A DNA stretch of 64,000 nucleotides, taken from an uncultured Campylobacter sp. Its GTDB lineage: Bacteria > Campylobacterota > Campylobacteria > Campylobacterales > Campylobacteraceae. Positions 38,780 to 51,182 of this stretch are shown here, in pieces. Below the pieces are notes generated by a model, which was not told the DNA's origin, made no database searches, and saw only the letters and a list, made by a program, of their open reading frames with translations. Made by a program: the position numbers and the translations under genes. The stretch spans positions 180 to 64,179 of the forward strand of contig CAUPZQ010000007.1 in assembly GCA_963515915.1 (NCBI GenBank), read 5' to 3'. Numbering within the stretch: the stretch's first letter is position 1; each line of letters begins with the position of its first letter.

Positions 38780-39614
38780 TTGTAAGAAAAAAATCAGTGA
38801 TGATTTCTCCATTGATGCTCGCTTAGAGATTAACAAAGGCTCGTTTGTGTGCCTATATGGGCGCAGCGGCAGCGGTAAGACTACACTGCTGCGCATTTTG
38901 GCTGGATTTTTGCGCGCAGATAGCGGTAGTATAAAAGACGGCGATCGCGTTCTTCAAGAAGGTAATGAATTCTTAAGTGCGGGCAAGCGCAGGATCGGCT
39001 TTTTGTTTCAAGACTACGCACTTTTTGAGAATATGAGCGTGACGGGCAATCTACTTTTCGCCAGAAACGATCCGCAAAAAGCCGCAATGCTGCTTGAAAT
39101 TTTAGAGCTTAGCGAGTTTGCGAAATCCGGTGTAGAGGGTCTTAGCGGCGGGCAGAAGCAGCGCGTGGCACTTGCTCGCGCACTGATGCAAGAGCCTGAA
39201 ATTTTGCTACTTGACGAGCCACTTTCGGCGCTTGATTTTACGATACGCGAAAAAATTCAAGAGTATCTGCTAAAGATCCACGAGCAGTTTCATCAGACTG
39301 TGATTTTAGTAAGCCACGACATAAGCGAGATTTATAGGCTTTGCAAGCGAGTTTATGAGATGAAGGACGGTAGGATCGTCCACACCGGTACGCCGGAGGA
39401 AATTTTTCTTAAAACTAGCGGCTCACAGAAGTTTTCTTTCGCGGGCAAGATTGTCGATTTGCAAGCACGCGACGGGATCAAAGTAGCCGTCATAGCGATC
39501 GGCAGCCAGCTGTGCGAAGTGGTGCTAAGCAATGCAGAAGCCGAGGGCTTGCAAGTAGGCGACGAGGTCAAAACAGGCGCTAAAGCTTTTAATATCACTC
39601 TGCGTAAAATTTAA
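38766..39614 (+). CDS. modC: Molybdate ABC transporter ATP-binding protein with a C-terminal TOBE domain
   Basis: Walker A GRSGSGKTT, signature LSGGQKQRVALARAL, Walker B LLLDEP, and a C-terminal TOBE-like segment. Confidence 0.88.
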   Translation: MITIDCKKKISDDFSIDARLEINKGSFVCLYGRSGSGKTTLLRILAGFLRADSGSIKDGDRVLQEGNEFLSAGKRRIGFLFQDYALFENMSVTGNLLFARNDPQKAAMLLEILELSEFAKSGVEGLSGGQKQRVALARALMQEPEILLLDEPLSALDFTIREKIQEYLLKIHEQFHQTVILVSHDISEIYRLCKRVYEMKDGRIVHTGTPEEIFLKTSGSQKFSFAGKIVDLQARDGIKVAVIAIGSQLCEVVLSNAEAEGLQVGDEVKTGAKAFNITLRKI

Positions 39615-40654
39615 ACTTACAGGCAAGCTTTTGGGCGTGCCCAGGTGAGAAATTTCAACTAGATTAGAGATTTAAATGTAGACTCTTATGGAATTTTACG
39701 TGGAATTTAGACGATGGATTTTGTGAAATTTTAGCTAGATTTGCCCGCAAAATACGGTGAGATTTTAAAATTTCATTCGCATCGCGCTTAGATTTTCATG
39801 AAACACAAAATTTAAACGCAGGCTAGAGTAAAACCGCAATGCGAGATTAGATAGCGTGGGGGCTAAGCTTTAAATTTTAGATTTTGCGCAGACAGGCGCC
39901 GTTAAATTCCTTCTTCTAATTTATTGATTGGTGCGGTGGGTTTATTTTTAAATTTGGCGACTTTTGATTTGCTTTTTTGGCAGGAGTTGCACGAATTCTA
40001 TCATGCGATCTTGGTAAAAATTTAATGTAAAGCTTCGCAAAAACTTAAATTTTTAGATTTGGAATTTTGCCTGGATTTTGTGGCTTTGAAATTTTAAAAG
40101 CTCTAACGGCTCGAAGCTTGAGCGTTAAACTGGCTTAATGAGCTATGACAGGATTTCATTAACCCGGTTTTTAGATTTATGCGAAATTTTAATTTCGTCT
40201 TGTCGGGCTCAATGAAATTTCGCTAGGTCGTTCGGAGGGCGTCGTTTAGCCTATCTTGCGTGAAATTTGCGCTCAGATAAATCCTGCCCGCTTAAGTTTT
40301 AAAGCCTAGTGAAGCTTTTTGGAATTTAGCTCAGCAAAATTCGTGGTCTTAAAAATTTGCCGGCTTGGGTAGAGCTTAAAAGCTCAGCAGGATTTGCACG
40401 CTTGAAGGAATTTATTAGCCAAGCAATTTTATAAAATTCCGCTCGCTTTAGCTTGCGTGAAATTTTTAAAATTTCATTTTGCTAAAGCTCTTGCGCAGCT
40501 AGGTCTGCGCAGAATTTTTCAAAATTTTATTTTGCAAGACCTTATGGCTATGTGGTTTGCGCAAATTCTATCCAGCTTTGCCTCTAAATTTTAAAGCAGA
40601 GCTAGGCTTTTAAAATTTTATAGTTTGGGCCCAGCGGCTCGGCTCGGAGGATAA
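39615..40654. repeat. 1.04-kb ORF-free, RAATTY-rich tract with degenerate tandem units, splitting modC from modB
   Basis: No ORF of 60 aa or more on either strand. It has dense GGAATTT/GAAATTT/AAATTT words, partly spaced ~10-12 bp apart (39690-39740, 40045-40095). Three GCTCAG..CTT units lie at 40271, 40329 and 40382. Near-palindromes TGAAATTTTTAAAATTTCA (40458-40476) and CGAAATTTTAATTTCG (40181-40196) are present. Confidence 0.8.
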
Positions 40655-41344
40655 ATGTTTGAAATTCTAAAGGGACTCGATTACACGCCGTTTTTCGTCT
40701 CATTAAAGCTTGCGAGCTTAACGACGCTCGCGTTGTTTATCATCTGCGTGCCGCTTGCGTTTTTTATGGCGAGAAAAAATTTCCGCGGCAAAAGCGTGAT
40801 CGAATCAATCATCTCGCTTCCACTCGTGCTGCCGCCTTCGGTGCTAGGGTTTTACCTGCTCGTTTTTCTATCGCCGTATTCGGTGCTGGGGGAGTTTTTT
40901 GACAAACACTTCGGGCTTAGACTCGTATTTAATTTCAGCGGGCTTGTGATCGCGAGCTGTATCTACTCGCTGCCGTTTATGTTTTCGCCGCTGGTTTCGG
41001 GCTTTCGCTCGCTTCCGCGCTCGCTTTTTTGGGCGTGCGATTCGCTAGATAAGAGCTATTTCTCCAAGCTTTTCCGCGTCGCGTTGCCTGCGATTCGCCA
41101 CTCCCTGCTTAGCACCTTGGTGATCTGCTTTGCGCACACGATGGGCGAGTTCGGCGTCGTGCTGATGATCGGCGGCAGCGTGAGCGAGCAGACCAAGGTC
41201 GCCTCCATCGCGATCTACGAAGCGACCGAGACGCTCGATTTCGCGCAGGCTCACGCGTATTCGGCGCTGATGCTGCTTTTTAGCTTTGCAGTGCTTTTGA
41301 TCATGCATTTTTTGGGCGCAAAGGGCGCAAAAACACGAGCTTAA
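40655..41344 (+). CDS. modB: Molybdate ABC transporter permease
   Basis: 229 aa with 5-6 TM segments, a CysTW/ModB-type EAA loop region (SLDKSYFSKLFRVALPAIRHSL), and a GGAGG RBS. Confidence 0.85.
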   Translation: MFEILKGLDYTPFFVSLKLASLTTLALFIICVPLAFFMARKNFRGKSVIESIISLPLVLPPSVLGFYLLVFLSPYSVLGEFFDKHFGLRLVFNFSGLVIASCIYSLPFMFSPLVSGFRSLPRSLFWACDSLDKSYFSKLFRVALPAIRHSLLSTLVICFAHTMGEFGVVLMIGGSVSEQTKVASIAIYEATETLDFAQAHAYSALMLLFSFAVLLIMHFLGAKGAKTRA

Positions 41345-41395
41345 ATCGGCTTTAAAACGAAATTTGCTAAAATCCCGCAAAATTTGGAATTTGGC

Positions 41396-44300
41396 ATGAA
41401 AAACAAAAAAGACTTCGTTACCGAAAGATTTAACGCCGCCTTGATTCTAGGCGCTGCGCTGCTTACGCTTGTAGTAGTTTGCGAGATTAGCTTTTTGCGC
41501 ACTAGGATCGCTACACAGCTTGATTTGCGGACGCGCACGGCGATTACTTTACTTAAAAATACCGACGAGTCGCTTTTTAGCGAGCTTGAAATTTTAAAAG
41601 AAAATATCCTTTCTTTGGACGCAAGGCACGAAGCTGAGCAAAGCAAGCTTTATGCGGATTTGATCCGCAACGTCGTAAAATCTTCTCATAGATTTGACGC
41701 TATTTTTTATCTGCGCGCCCGCGGCGCGGAGCAGGAGAGCTTGGCGCATTTTTCATCGGATGCGCGTATTTCGGATCTTGGCGAGATACGGCTTGCGGAT
41801 ATCGCAAGCGAGCTAAAAAAGGATGAATGGGTATCGCGCTATATGATGATGGATGGGGCGTGGCGGTATTTTTTAATCAAGCGCGTAAACGCTGATTCAT
41901 ATCTGCTAGGTTTTGCCAACACCGCTAGGCCGATTGCCAGGCTCTCTTCGCTGGGAGATATTTTGGTCTTTAATGCCGAAGGTAAATTCTTTAACGCTTC
42001 TGGCAGCGTAACCGATATATTAGGGCGGGATTTTGATTTTTCGCGTCTAGGCGAAGTGGTGAGCTTTGAAGACGAATCTGGGCTAAGCTTTGCATATCTT
42101 GCGAAATTTGGAAATAATTTCGTAATGGCTCGCGAACGAGCCGGCTATTTTTTAGGCGCGGACGATTTTATCGTCGTAGCGCTAGCGGCGGCTATTTTAG
42201 CTTATTTAATCCTTCTAATTTCAAATTTTACGTTTTTAAAAAAGCGCGTTTTCATCCCGCTCGCGGCAGTTCAAAACGCTCTGCGCCAAGGAGATTATCA
42301 CTCCAAAATTCGCGATATAGAAGCGCTAAATCCGCTAAGCTCCGTCTTAGAAATTTCTAAATCCATAGACGAGGTTTTGAAGTCTAATCTGCGCCACGGC
42401 GATTTTAGCCTCAGCTTTAAAGATGCGCTAAAATACAGCTCCCTTTCGGTGCTTAGCATCGATAACGTCGCAGGCACGATCGAAAGCGCTAGCAACGGCG
42501 CACGCGAGCTTTACGGCGATGACGTCGTGGGGCGGAATATCTTCGCGCTGCAAGCAGGCTCATTTTACGATCACGCCTATCAAACCCAGCGCGCAAACTA
42601 TGTCAAAGAAAACTATGTCGTAACCCGCCAAGAAACCAAAAATGGCGTCAAGGACCTCTATGTTAAAAAATCTTATATCCGCGACGGAAGTAAAATTTCA
42701 ACCCTTTTTGTGGTACTGGATGCGTCAAAATATCGCAGATTTTACGATGAAACTAAGCAAAAATATGAGTATTTAAATCACGCGCCTATCGTTACACTCG
42801 TGTTTGACTACACTTCGGGCAAGATCGTAGATGCTAGCAAAAATATAAAAGAGCTTTGGGGTTACGAAGCGGCGCAGTTTTTAAGCGGCGAGATAAGGCT
42901 ATGGGATTTGCTGGATGAAAAGGATGCGAATGAGGCTAAAAATGAAATTTTAAACCGCTTAGCCGATATGCCCGCAGAAGAGCTAAGCTTTTCTCAAAGC
43001 TATAAAATTCGCCATAATGACAATATCCGCTATAGCTACGAAGTGAGCATCTATGTCAAAAAGTCCGCCGCCAGGGCTGCGTTTTATTTTCAAAATATCG
43101 ATGACGATGTTAAGGCGATCCGCGGCTTGCAGGAGGATTTGGACTTTTACCGCACCGTAATCGAGACTAGGAATTTTTGCACCTGCTTAATCGATCTTGA
43201 TGCGCAGACGCTGTCGTTTGATAAAAATTACTTTAAAATTTTAAAATATCGCGGCAAAAGGCTAAATACTGCGATGAGCTTTGGGGAGTTTAGTTATGAA
43301 ATTTACTTCGCGGATTTAGAGAATTTCAATAAAATGATCCGCGAATGCACCGCCGGGCTTAGAAGCGATTTTAGCTGCGAATTCCGTCTGCGAAACGCCG
43401 CTAATGCCTATACTTGGATCAGTATGCAAGGCTACGTCACCGAAAAGCACGGCTCTCGCTCTCGCCTTGTAAAAACTACGCTCGAAGATATTAGCTCGCG
43501 CAAGCAGACGGAGCTGGAGTTAAATTTAAACGCCAACGTCTTTTCGCGCTCGCTAGAGGCGATCTTAATCACAGATGAGAGCGGTCGCGTGCTGCGCGCT
43601 AATAACGCCTTTTACGAAATCACCGGCTATAGCGAAAGCCAAACTATCGGCAAAATTCCAAATTTCTTCGCTCCTACAGAGGGTGGGGCAGACGTGATGG
43701 AGAGGATTAGAAAAAATCTCGTCGGCAAACAAACCTCTTACAAAGATGAAATTTACGGACTAAAAAGAGGTGGTGGCACCTTTCCTGCGCTATTTACGGC
43801 AATTGCGATAAAGGATGATTTTTCGCTTACTTCAAATTTCATTTTGATGTTTACCGAAATTTCGCAGATCAAGCAAAAAGAGAGCGAGCTAGCTAAGATT
43901 GCTCACCACGACGCGCTTACCGGGCTTCCAAATAGAGTATATTTTATGAAGGCTGCGCAGAGATTTACGGCAAGCTCGGGCGAAAATTCCAAGCTTATGG
44001 CAGTGCTTTTCATCGATTTTGACGGCTTTAAGGCGATCAATGACACCTACGGGCACGAGGTCGGCGATATGTTTTTGCAGGCTATCTCAAAGGCGATGAG
44101 TGGGCTATTGCGTAAAGGCGATATCTTAGCGCGCCTAGGCGGTGATGAGTTTGGAGCTATCATTGGCGATCTGCAAAGTAAGGATGCCGCGCATGTGCTA
44201 TTAGATCGTCTGCTTGGAATTTCAAAGATGAAATTTAACCTCAAAGGCAACGAAATTAGCGCAAGCATCAGCGTTGGCGCAGCGTTTTACGACGGCAGCG

Positions 44301-45459
44301 AAAAGATCGATTTTCCAGGACTTTTATCGCGCGCAGATAGGGCGATGTATCGCGCCAAAACGAGCGGTAAAAACCGCTACTGCATCTTTGAGCGCGCCGA
44401 AGCAGACGAACCTAGCGAGGAAGGGATTGCTGCAGCGATCGAAGAGGGGGAGTTTTTCGTGCTCTATCAGCCGATCATTGGCGGCGCACAGATTTATGGA
44501 TATGAGCTGCTTTTACGCTGGGATCGCGGAAAGCGCGGAATTCTTGCCCCGCAGGATTTTGCGCAGATATTAAGCGAGCCTCGATTTGAGTTGCCGATCT
44601 CAAAATTTGCGTTTTCAAAGATGATGGAATTTAATGCTCAAACGGGTACAAACTGCTCTATAAATTTAAGCCTATCTGTATTGCAAAGCGACGAATTTTA
44701 CGCTTTTGTAGCTCACAGCTTGCGAGACAGAGCTAATGCAAAAGGCGAGTTGATGTTTGAGATAACCGATTTTAGCGAGCAAAATTTTAAGGAATTCGCC
44801 CCTGCGCGTGGGCGTTATGCAGATCTTGGGGTTAAATTTGCTCTTAATAGTGCAAATAAAAGCAATATCCCATTCCTGAATGCCCAGCCTTTCGATGTCG
44901 TTAAAATCGACCGCGAGCTCTGCCTTGACATAGGCAAGAAAAAAAATGCTATCCGAACGATGGTGGAGATCACAGGCAAGCTAAAGCGGGAGTTTGGTTT
45001 TGCTCTGGGCGCTCAAGGGGTCGAAAACGCGCTGTCGCTGCGGCTTTTAAACAATTTGAAATTTAACTATCTGCAGGGAAATTTTATCGCAAAAGCGCTG
45101 GATCGCAGGGAGATAGACGCTTTCATCGCGCGATTTAAAGATACGCCCAAGCTCGCAGCCATCGACAAAGATGAGTTTATCAGCTTTTTAAACGCGCTTG
45201 ATTACAAAGAGCTTGCTTTAAGCTTCGTTTTGCGCGCCGATGCGGGCGATCTGAGCCCCGGAGAGTTTGAAGGCTTTAGAGCAAAATTCGGCGAAATTTT
45301 AAATAAAACTCAAAGCGCGGGCAGCGAAAAATTTGCGCCAACTACAGAAATACGTAAGCAAATTTTAGATATTCTTTCGCTTGATTATCGCGTTTTAGCA
45401 AGCTTCATCTCGGGCTTTAAGGCGCGACTGGATCAGTTCATAAGCGATTTGGAGGCAGC

Positions 45460-45463
<4 letters not shown>
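41396..45463 (+). CDS. Membrane-anchored multi-PAS GGDEF-EAL signalling protein (c-di-GMP metabolism)
   Basis: About 1355 aa: TM, a ~240-aa extracytoplasmic-type domain, TM, several PAS-like repeats, then GGDEF and EAL-like domains. The GGDEF domain (LTGLPNR..FIDFDGFKAINDTYGH..RLGGDEFG) has an RKGD I-site 5 aa upstream. The EAL-like domain has FFVLYQPI..YELLLRW, FEITD, KIDREL and AQGVEN. The start could instead be the TTG at 41384. Confidence 0.88.
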
Positions 45464-47570
<2,107 letters not shown>

Positions 47571-47573
47571 ACC

Positions 47574-47618
47574 CGGTGAAATTTTAAAATTTCACCCGTT
47601 GCGGGCGGTGCGACCGCC
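47574..47618 (+). terminator. Two consecutive hairpins after purA (terminator-like)
   Basis: A perfect 22-nt palindrome GGTGAAATTTTAAAATTTCACC (47574-47595) is followed by GGGCGGT-gcg-ACCGCCC (47602-47618). There is no clean U-run after the second hairpin. Confidence 0.45.
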
Positions 47619-47645
47619 CATAGAACTGAATTTAAAGGAACGATC

Positions 47646-48197
47646 ATGCGAATACGACTACCACATGTGCCATATATCGCGCATAAAATAGCGCTGGATC
47701 TGCTAAACTCGGGCTGCGTTACGCTTAGTGCAGGCATAGAGCCCGTCGCGAAGGAAGCTGACGAGATCATAAGGACCGATCTGCAAAAAGAAAGAGCGAT
47801 AGACGAGCGCGCAAATGAGCTGATAGATGAGCGCATAAGCGAGCTAGATGAGATGAGCGTGAATAAAAAAGATATGTTTTGGCTCATCAAACGCCACATC
47901 GCAAACGACGAGAATTTCGAGCTAAATTTTGAGGATCGCTACGGCACCATATCGCATAAAATTTTAGAAACCGTTTGGAAGAAAAATTTGATCGATTACA
48001 AAGTCTCGGAAAACAGGCTGAAGACGATAATTTATAACGCGATCGACGAATATCTTAAGAATTATCAAAAGATTGAGGATACGGTCTATGAAAAGATCGA
48101 GGGCTACAAGCAAAAATTGATCCCAGGTACCGAAGAATACGAGCTTGTGTTTGAAAAGCTCTACGAAGAGGAGCTAAGAAAACGGGGCATGTTATAA
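47646..48197 (+). CDS. Conserved hypothetical protein (DUF507-like; tentative)
   Basis: 183 aa, a charged helical protein with an AAAGGA RBS. Family assignment is from memory of the MRIRLPHVPYIAHKIALDLL-type N-terminus only. Confidence 0.55.
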   Translation: MRIRLPHVPYIAHKIALDLLNSGCVTLSAGIEPVAKEADEIIRTDLQKERAIDERANELIDERISELDEMSVNKKDMFWLIKRHIANDENFELNFEDRYGTISHKILETVWKKNLIDYKVSENRLKTIIYNAIDEYLKNYQKIEDTVYEKIEGYKQKLIPGTEEYELVFEKLYEEELRKRGML

Positions 48198-49315
48198 TGA
48201 ACGCGTATATCTACATAGAAAACGGCATCTATCTGCAAGCCAAGGCGTTCGGCAAGGGCGGCAGCGCATTCGGCGAGCTTGTGTTTAACACCTCCGCCAC
48301 GGGCTACGAGGAGATCATCTCGGATCCCAGCTACGCGGGGCAGTTTATTATTTTCACTATGCCTGAAATCGGTATCGTAGGGATCAACGAAAACGACAAG
48401 GAAAGCTCCAAAATCCATGCCAGCGGAATTTTCGTAAGAAATTTTAACAACGAGCCTTCAAATTTCCGCTCGCAGATGAGCTTGGAGGATTATTTTCTGC
48501 AAAACGGAAAATTCGGTGTTTACGACATCGACACTAGATTTTTAACCAAGATGCTGCGCGACGAGGGCAGCCTGCGCGCCTTCGTTTCGACCGAGATCAG
48601 CGATAAGGCGGCTCTTAAAAAAGCGCTTAGCGAGTCTGCGCGCATAGAGGAGATCAACTACGTAAGCATCGTAAGCACGAAGGCGCCGTACAAGCACACA
48701 TCGGGTCGCTGGGACGCCGAGAGAGGAAGCTACGCTCAGCCCGCAAGCTGCGGCAAAAAGATAGCCGTGATCGATTACGGCGTCAAGCGAAACATCCTAA
48801 ACGAGCTTTGTGATCTGGGGCTCGGCGTCGAGGTTTTCCCGCACGACGTTAAAGCGGAGAGCCTGATTGCGAAATTTAAAGAGGGGCAGATCGACGGCGT
48901 GTTTTTATCAAACGGCCCGGGCGAGCCTCGCATGCTTAAAGAGGAGATCGCGCAGATCAAAAAGATGGTCGAAGCGCGCGTGCCGATTTTTGGAATTTGC
49001 TTGGGTCATCAGCTGCTAAGCAACGCGATGGGATATGAGACTTACAAGCTGAAATTCGGCCAGCACGGCGCAAACCACCCGGTGCAAAATCTGCGCACCA
49101 AATCGATCGAGATCACCGCGCAAAACCACAACTACAACGTCCCCGAAACGATCGCGCAGATATGCGAGATCACGCACCGAAATCTTTTCGACGGCACGAT
49201 CGAGGGCGTGAGATACAGGGAGTACCCCGTATTTTCGGTGCAGCATCACCCCGAAGCTAGCGCGGGGCCTACCGAGAGCAAATATATCTTCAAAGAATTT
49301 CTTGAAATTTTATGA
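48197..49315 (+). CDS. carA: Carbamoyl-phosphate synthase small (glutaminase) subunit
   Basis: The catalytic Cys lies in GICLGHQLL and the His in HHPE. N-terminal CPSase small-chain domain (TGYEEIISDPSYAGQ). Confidence 0.94.
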   Translation: MNAYIYIENGIYLQAKAFGKGGSAFGELVFNTSATGYEEIISDPSYAGQFIIFTMPEIGIVGINENDKESSKIHASGIFVRNFNNEPSNFRSQMSLEDYFLQNGKFGVYDIDTRFLTKMLRDEGSLRAFVSTEISDKAALKKALSESARIEEINYVSIVSTKAPYKHTSGRWDAERGSYAQPASCGKKIAVIDYGVKRNILNELCDLGLGVEVFPHDVKAESLIAKFKEGQIDGVFLSNGPGEPRMLKEEIAQIKKMVEARVPIFGICLGHQLLSNAMGYETYKLKFGQHGANHPVQNLRTKSIEITAQNHNYNVPETIAQICEITHRNLFDGTIEGVRYREYPVFSVQHHPEASAGPTESKYIFKEFLEIL

Positions 49316-49336
49316 TTTTTAAAATTTTGCCCGCAC

Positions 49337-49366
49337 TAAATTTTACCGCGGTCGCGCGGTAAAATT
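49337..49366 (+). terminator. Hairpin after carA (terminator-like)
   Basis: AAATTTTACCGCG-gtcg-CGCGGTAAAATTT is a perfect 13-bp stem whose 3' arm runs into TTTT. Confidence 0.6.
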
Positions 49367-50223
49367 TTAAATTTACGGCAAGCTTTAAATTTTAATGCGG
49401 TCTTTGCGTCGTAAATTTAAAGCCCGTCGCAGTCTGGATGATTGCAGGCTGGAGCGGTACGCAAAGTGTGCTTTTGCGGGCTGAAGATTGCCGCGGTGAT
49501 TTTGGATTAAGCAGCTTTTTGGATGAAACGAATCTGTGCTAGTCGCGATTTTAAATTTAAACTGGCTGCGCGCCGTATGCTTTTCATTCGTGTGATTTCG
49601 TGTCTGTATAACTTCTAAGCTCGCAGCTAAATTTCATGCGTTTTAAATTTAAAAATTGGGCTTGGTGCGCTTAGCTCTTTTAAACAGATCCTGCGGTACA
49701 TTTAGCATGGCTTCAAGCTTTTAAATTTGACGAGTCGTCTTGTTGCCGTCAAGTTATGCAAATAAACGCCTTGCCGCCCGTAAAATTTTTTCTAGCGCCG
49801 TTCGCCCACTAAAATCTTATTGACGCAGTTTTGCCAGTTATGCCTAGTTTTTTGGTAAACTATACCTTGCCCTTCAAATCTTATCGTCGCTGTTTCATTT
49901 CCCTCTAAAATATTTGCCTAAAATAAAATTCCGCTCCGCCGCGTAGTGAAATTTTACCTACGCTAGCTTTGGAATTTTACTTTCAGCCGCTCTTAAATCT
50001 CTTTCGCACCGATAAGATTTAACTCGCATCACTTTAAATTTTTGTCCCATTCCTGGGCTGCGGTTTTTATCCACGCTTGTTTTAGATCCCGCTCATATTT
50101 GCACCTAAAATAATAGTCGTGTTACTTTGTGAAATTAAATTTTTAACTTAACATTATTTTAAGCTCAATAAAAGAGAAAATTTGAAAGAATTTCATTTGA
50201 AATTTCGCCTTTAGGGGTCTGCT
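49367..50223. repeat. ORF-free intergenic tract with degenerate direct repeats, upstream of the response regulator gene
   Basis: About 0.9 kb with no ORF of 60 aa or more. GCCCACTAAAATCTTATTGACGCAGTTTT (49804) and GCCCTTCAAATCTTATCGTCGCTGTTT (49869) match at about 21 of 28 positions and lie 65 bp apart. Weaker copies lie near 49901 and 49987. There are many TAAATTTAAA/AAATTTT words. Confidence 0.7.
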
Positions 50224-50907
50224 ATGAGCTGCGCTTTAAAAGAGCTGGACGTCTTGCTAGTCGAGGATGATACTAAATTACTAGCCTCGCTGCATAAGGC
50301 GTTTGAGGGTATTTTTAACAACGTTTACAATGCCCAAAACGGGCTTGAAGGTGTGAAAAAATTCAAAAAATTTAGCCCTAATCTCGTCATTACCGATATT
50401 TTAATGCCGATCGAGGATGGGCTAGCGATGATACGTCAGATCAAGCAGATCTTTCCGCATGCCCCTATCGTGGTGCTTAGTGGCTTCAGTAGGGAGGAGC
50501 AGCTAAAAGGCGTTATGGAGATTGGCGTCGAGCGGTATTACTTTAAGCCGGTAGATATCGCCGCATTCGTGCTAGAGATAAGTGCGCTGATGAAGTCTAA
50601 GCTGGACTCTGTACGAGTCGTAAATATGGGTGCGGGCTACGTATTTGACGGGCTTCGTCGTATTTTACTAAAGGATGGCGAGCAGATCGTGCTTACTAAA
50701 AAGGAGCTTTCTTTTGTTTCGCTGCTAGCCAGTCGCGTGGGCGAGCTGGTACTTTACGAGGAGATCAAGCGTTATGTTTGGACCGAAGGAGCCGTGAGTG
50801 ATACGGCGCTTCGCACTTTCGTCAAGCGTATCCGCGATAAAGTGGGAGGCGAAATCATAAAAAACGTCCCGAGCCTGGGATACAAGATCGAGCTTGAGCC
50901 CGCTTAA
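50224..50907 (+). CDS. OmpR/PhoB-family response regulator (no adjacent histidine kinase)
   Basis: The receiver has VEDD, the phospho-acceptor in VITDILMP, VLSG and FKP. C-terminal winged helix (LTKKELSFVSLL..RTFVKRIRDKVG..LGYKI). Confidence 0.9.
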   Translation: MSCALKELDVLLVEDDTKLLASLHKAFEGIFNNVYNAQNGLEGVKKFKKFSPNLVITDILMPIEDGLAMIRQIKQIFPHAPIVVLSGFSREEQLKGVMEIGVERYYFKPVDIAAFVLEISALMKSKLDSVRVVNMGAGYVFDGLRRILLKDGEQIVLTKKELSFVSLLASRVGELVLYEEIKRYVWTEGAVSDTALRTFVKRIRDKVGGEIIKNVPSLGYKIELEPA

Positions 50908-51182
50908 ATTTGATCGCGTTTTTGCCGCTTTGTAATTTATGGAATCCACTCGTAAAATTTTGCGTCGAAATATGTCGCGATTAATGCGGAGCGAGGTAGA
51001 ATTCCGCGCTCAAAGCGCCACAGATTAAAATTTTACGCTCATCCAACTTGCTAAATTTGACTTGATAAAATTTAGCCTCTCAAGCTTTTCAAAAACTTCT
51101 TTGCTTAAAAGCCCAAACTAAAAATTTCTTGCTAAAATATCGCAAAATTCCGCGTTCTGCGAATCGCTCTAAAGGATTTGTT

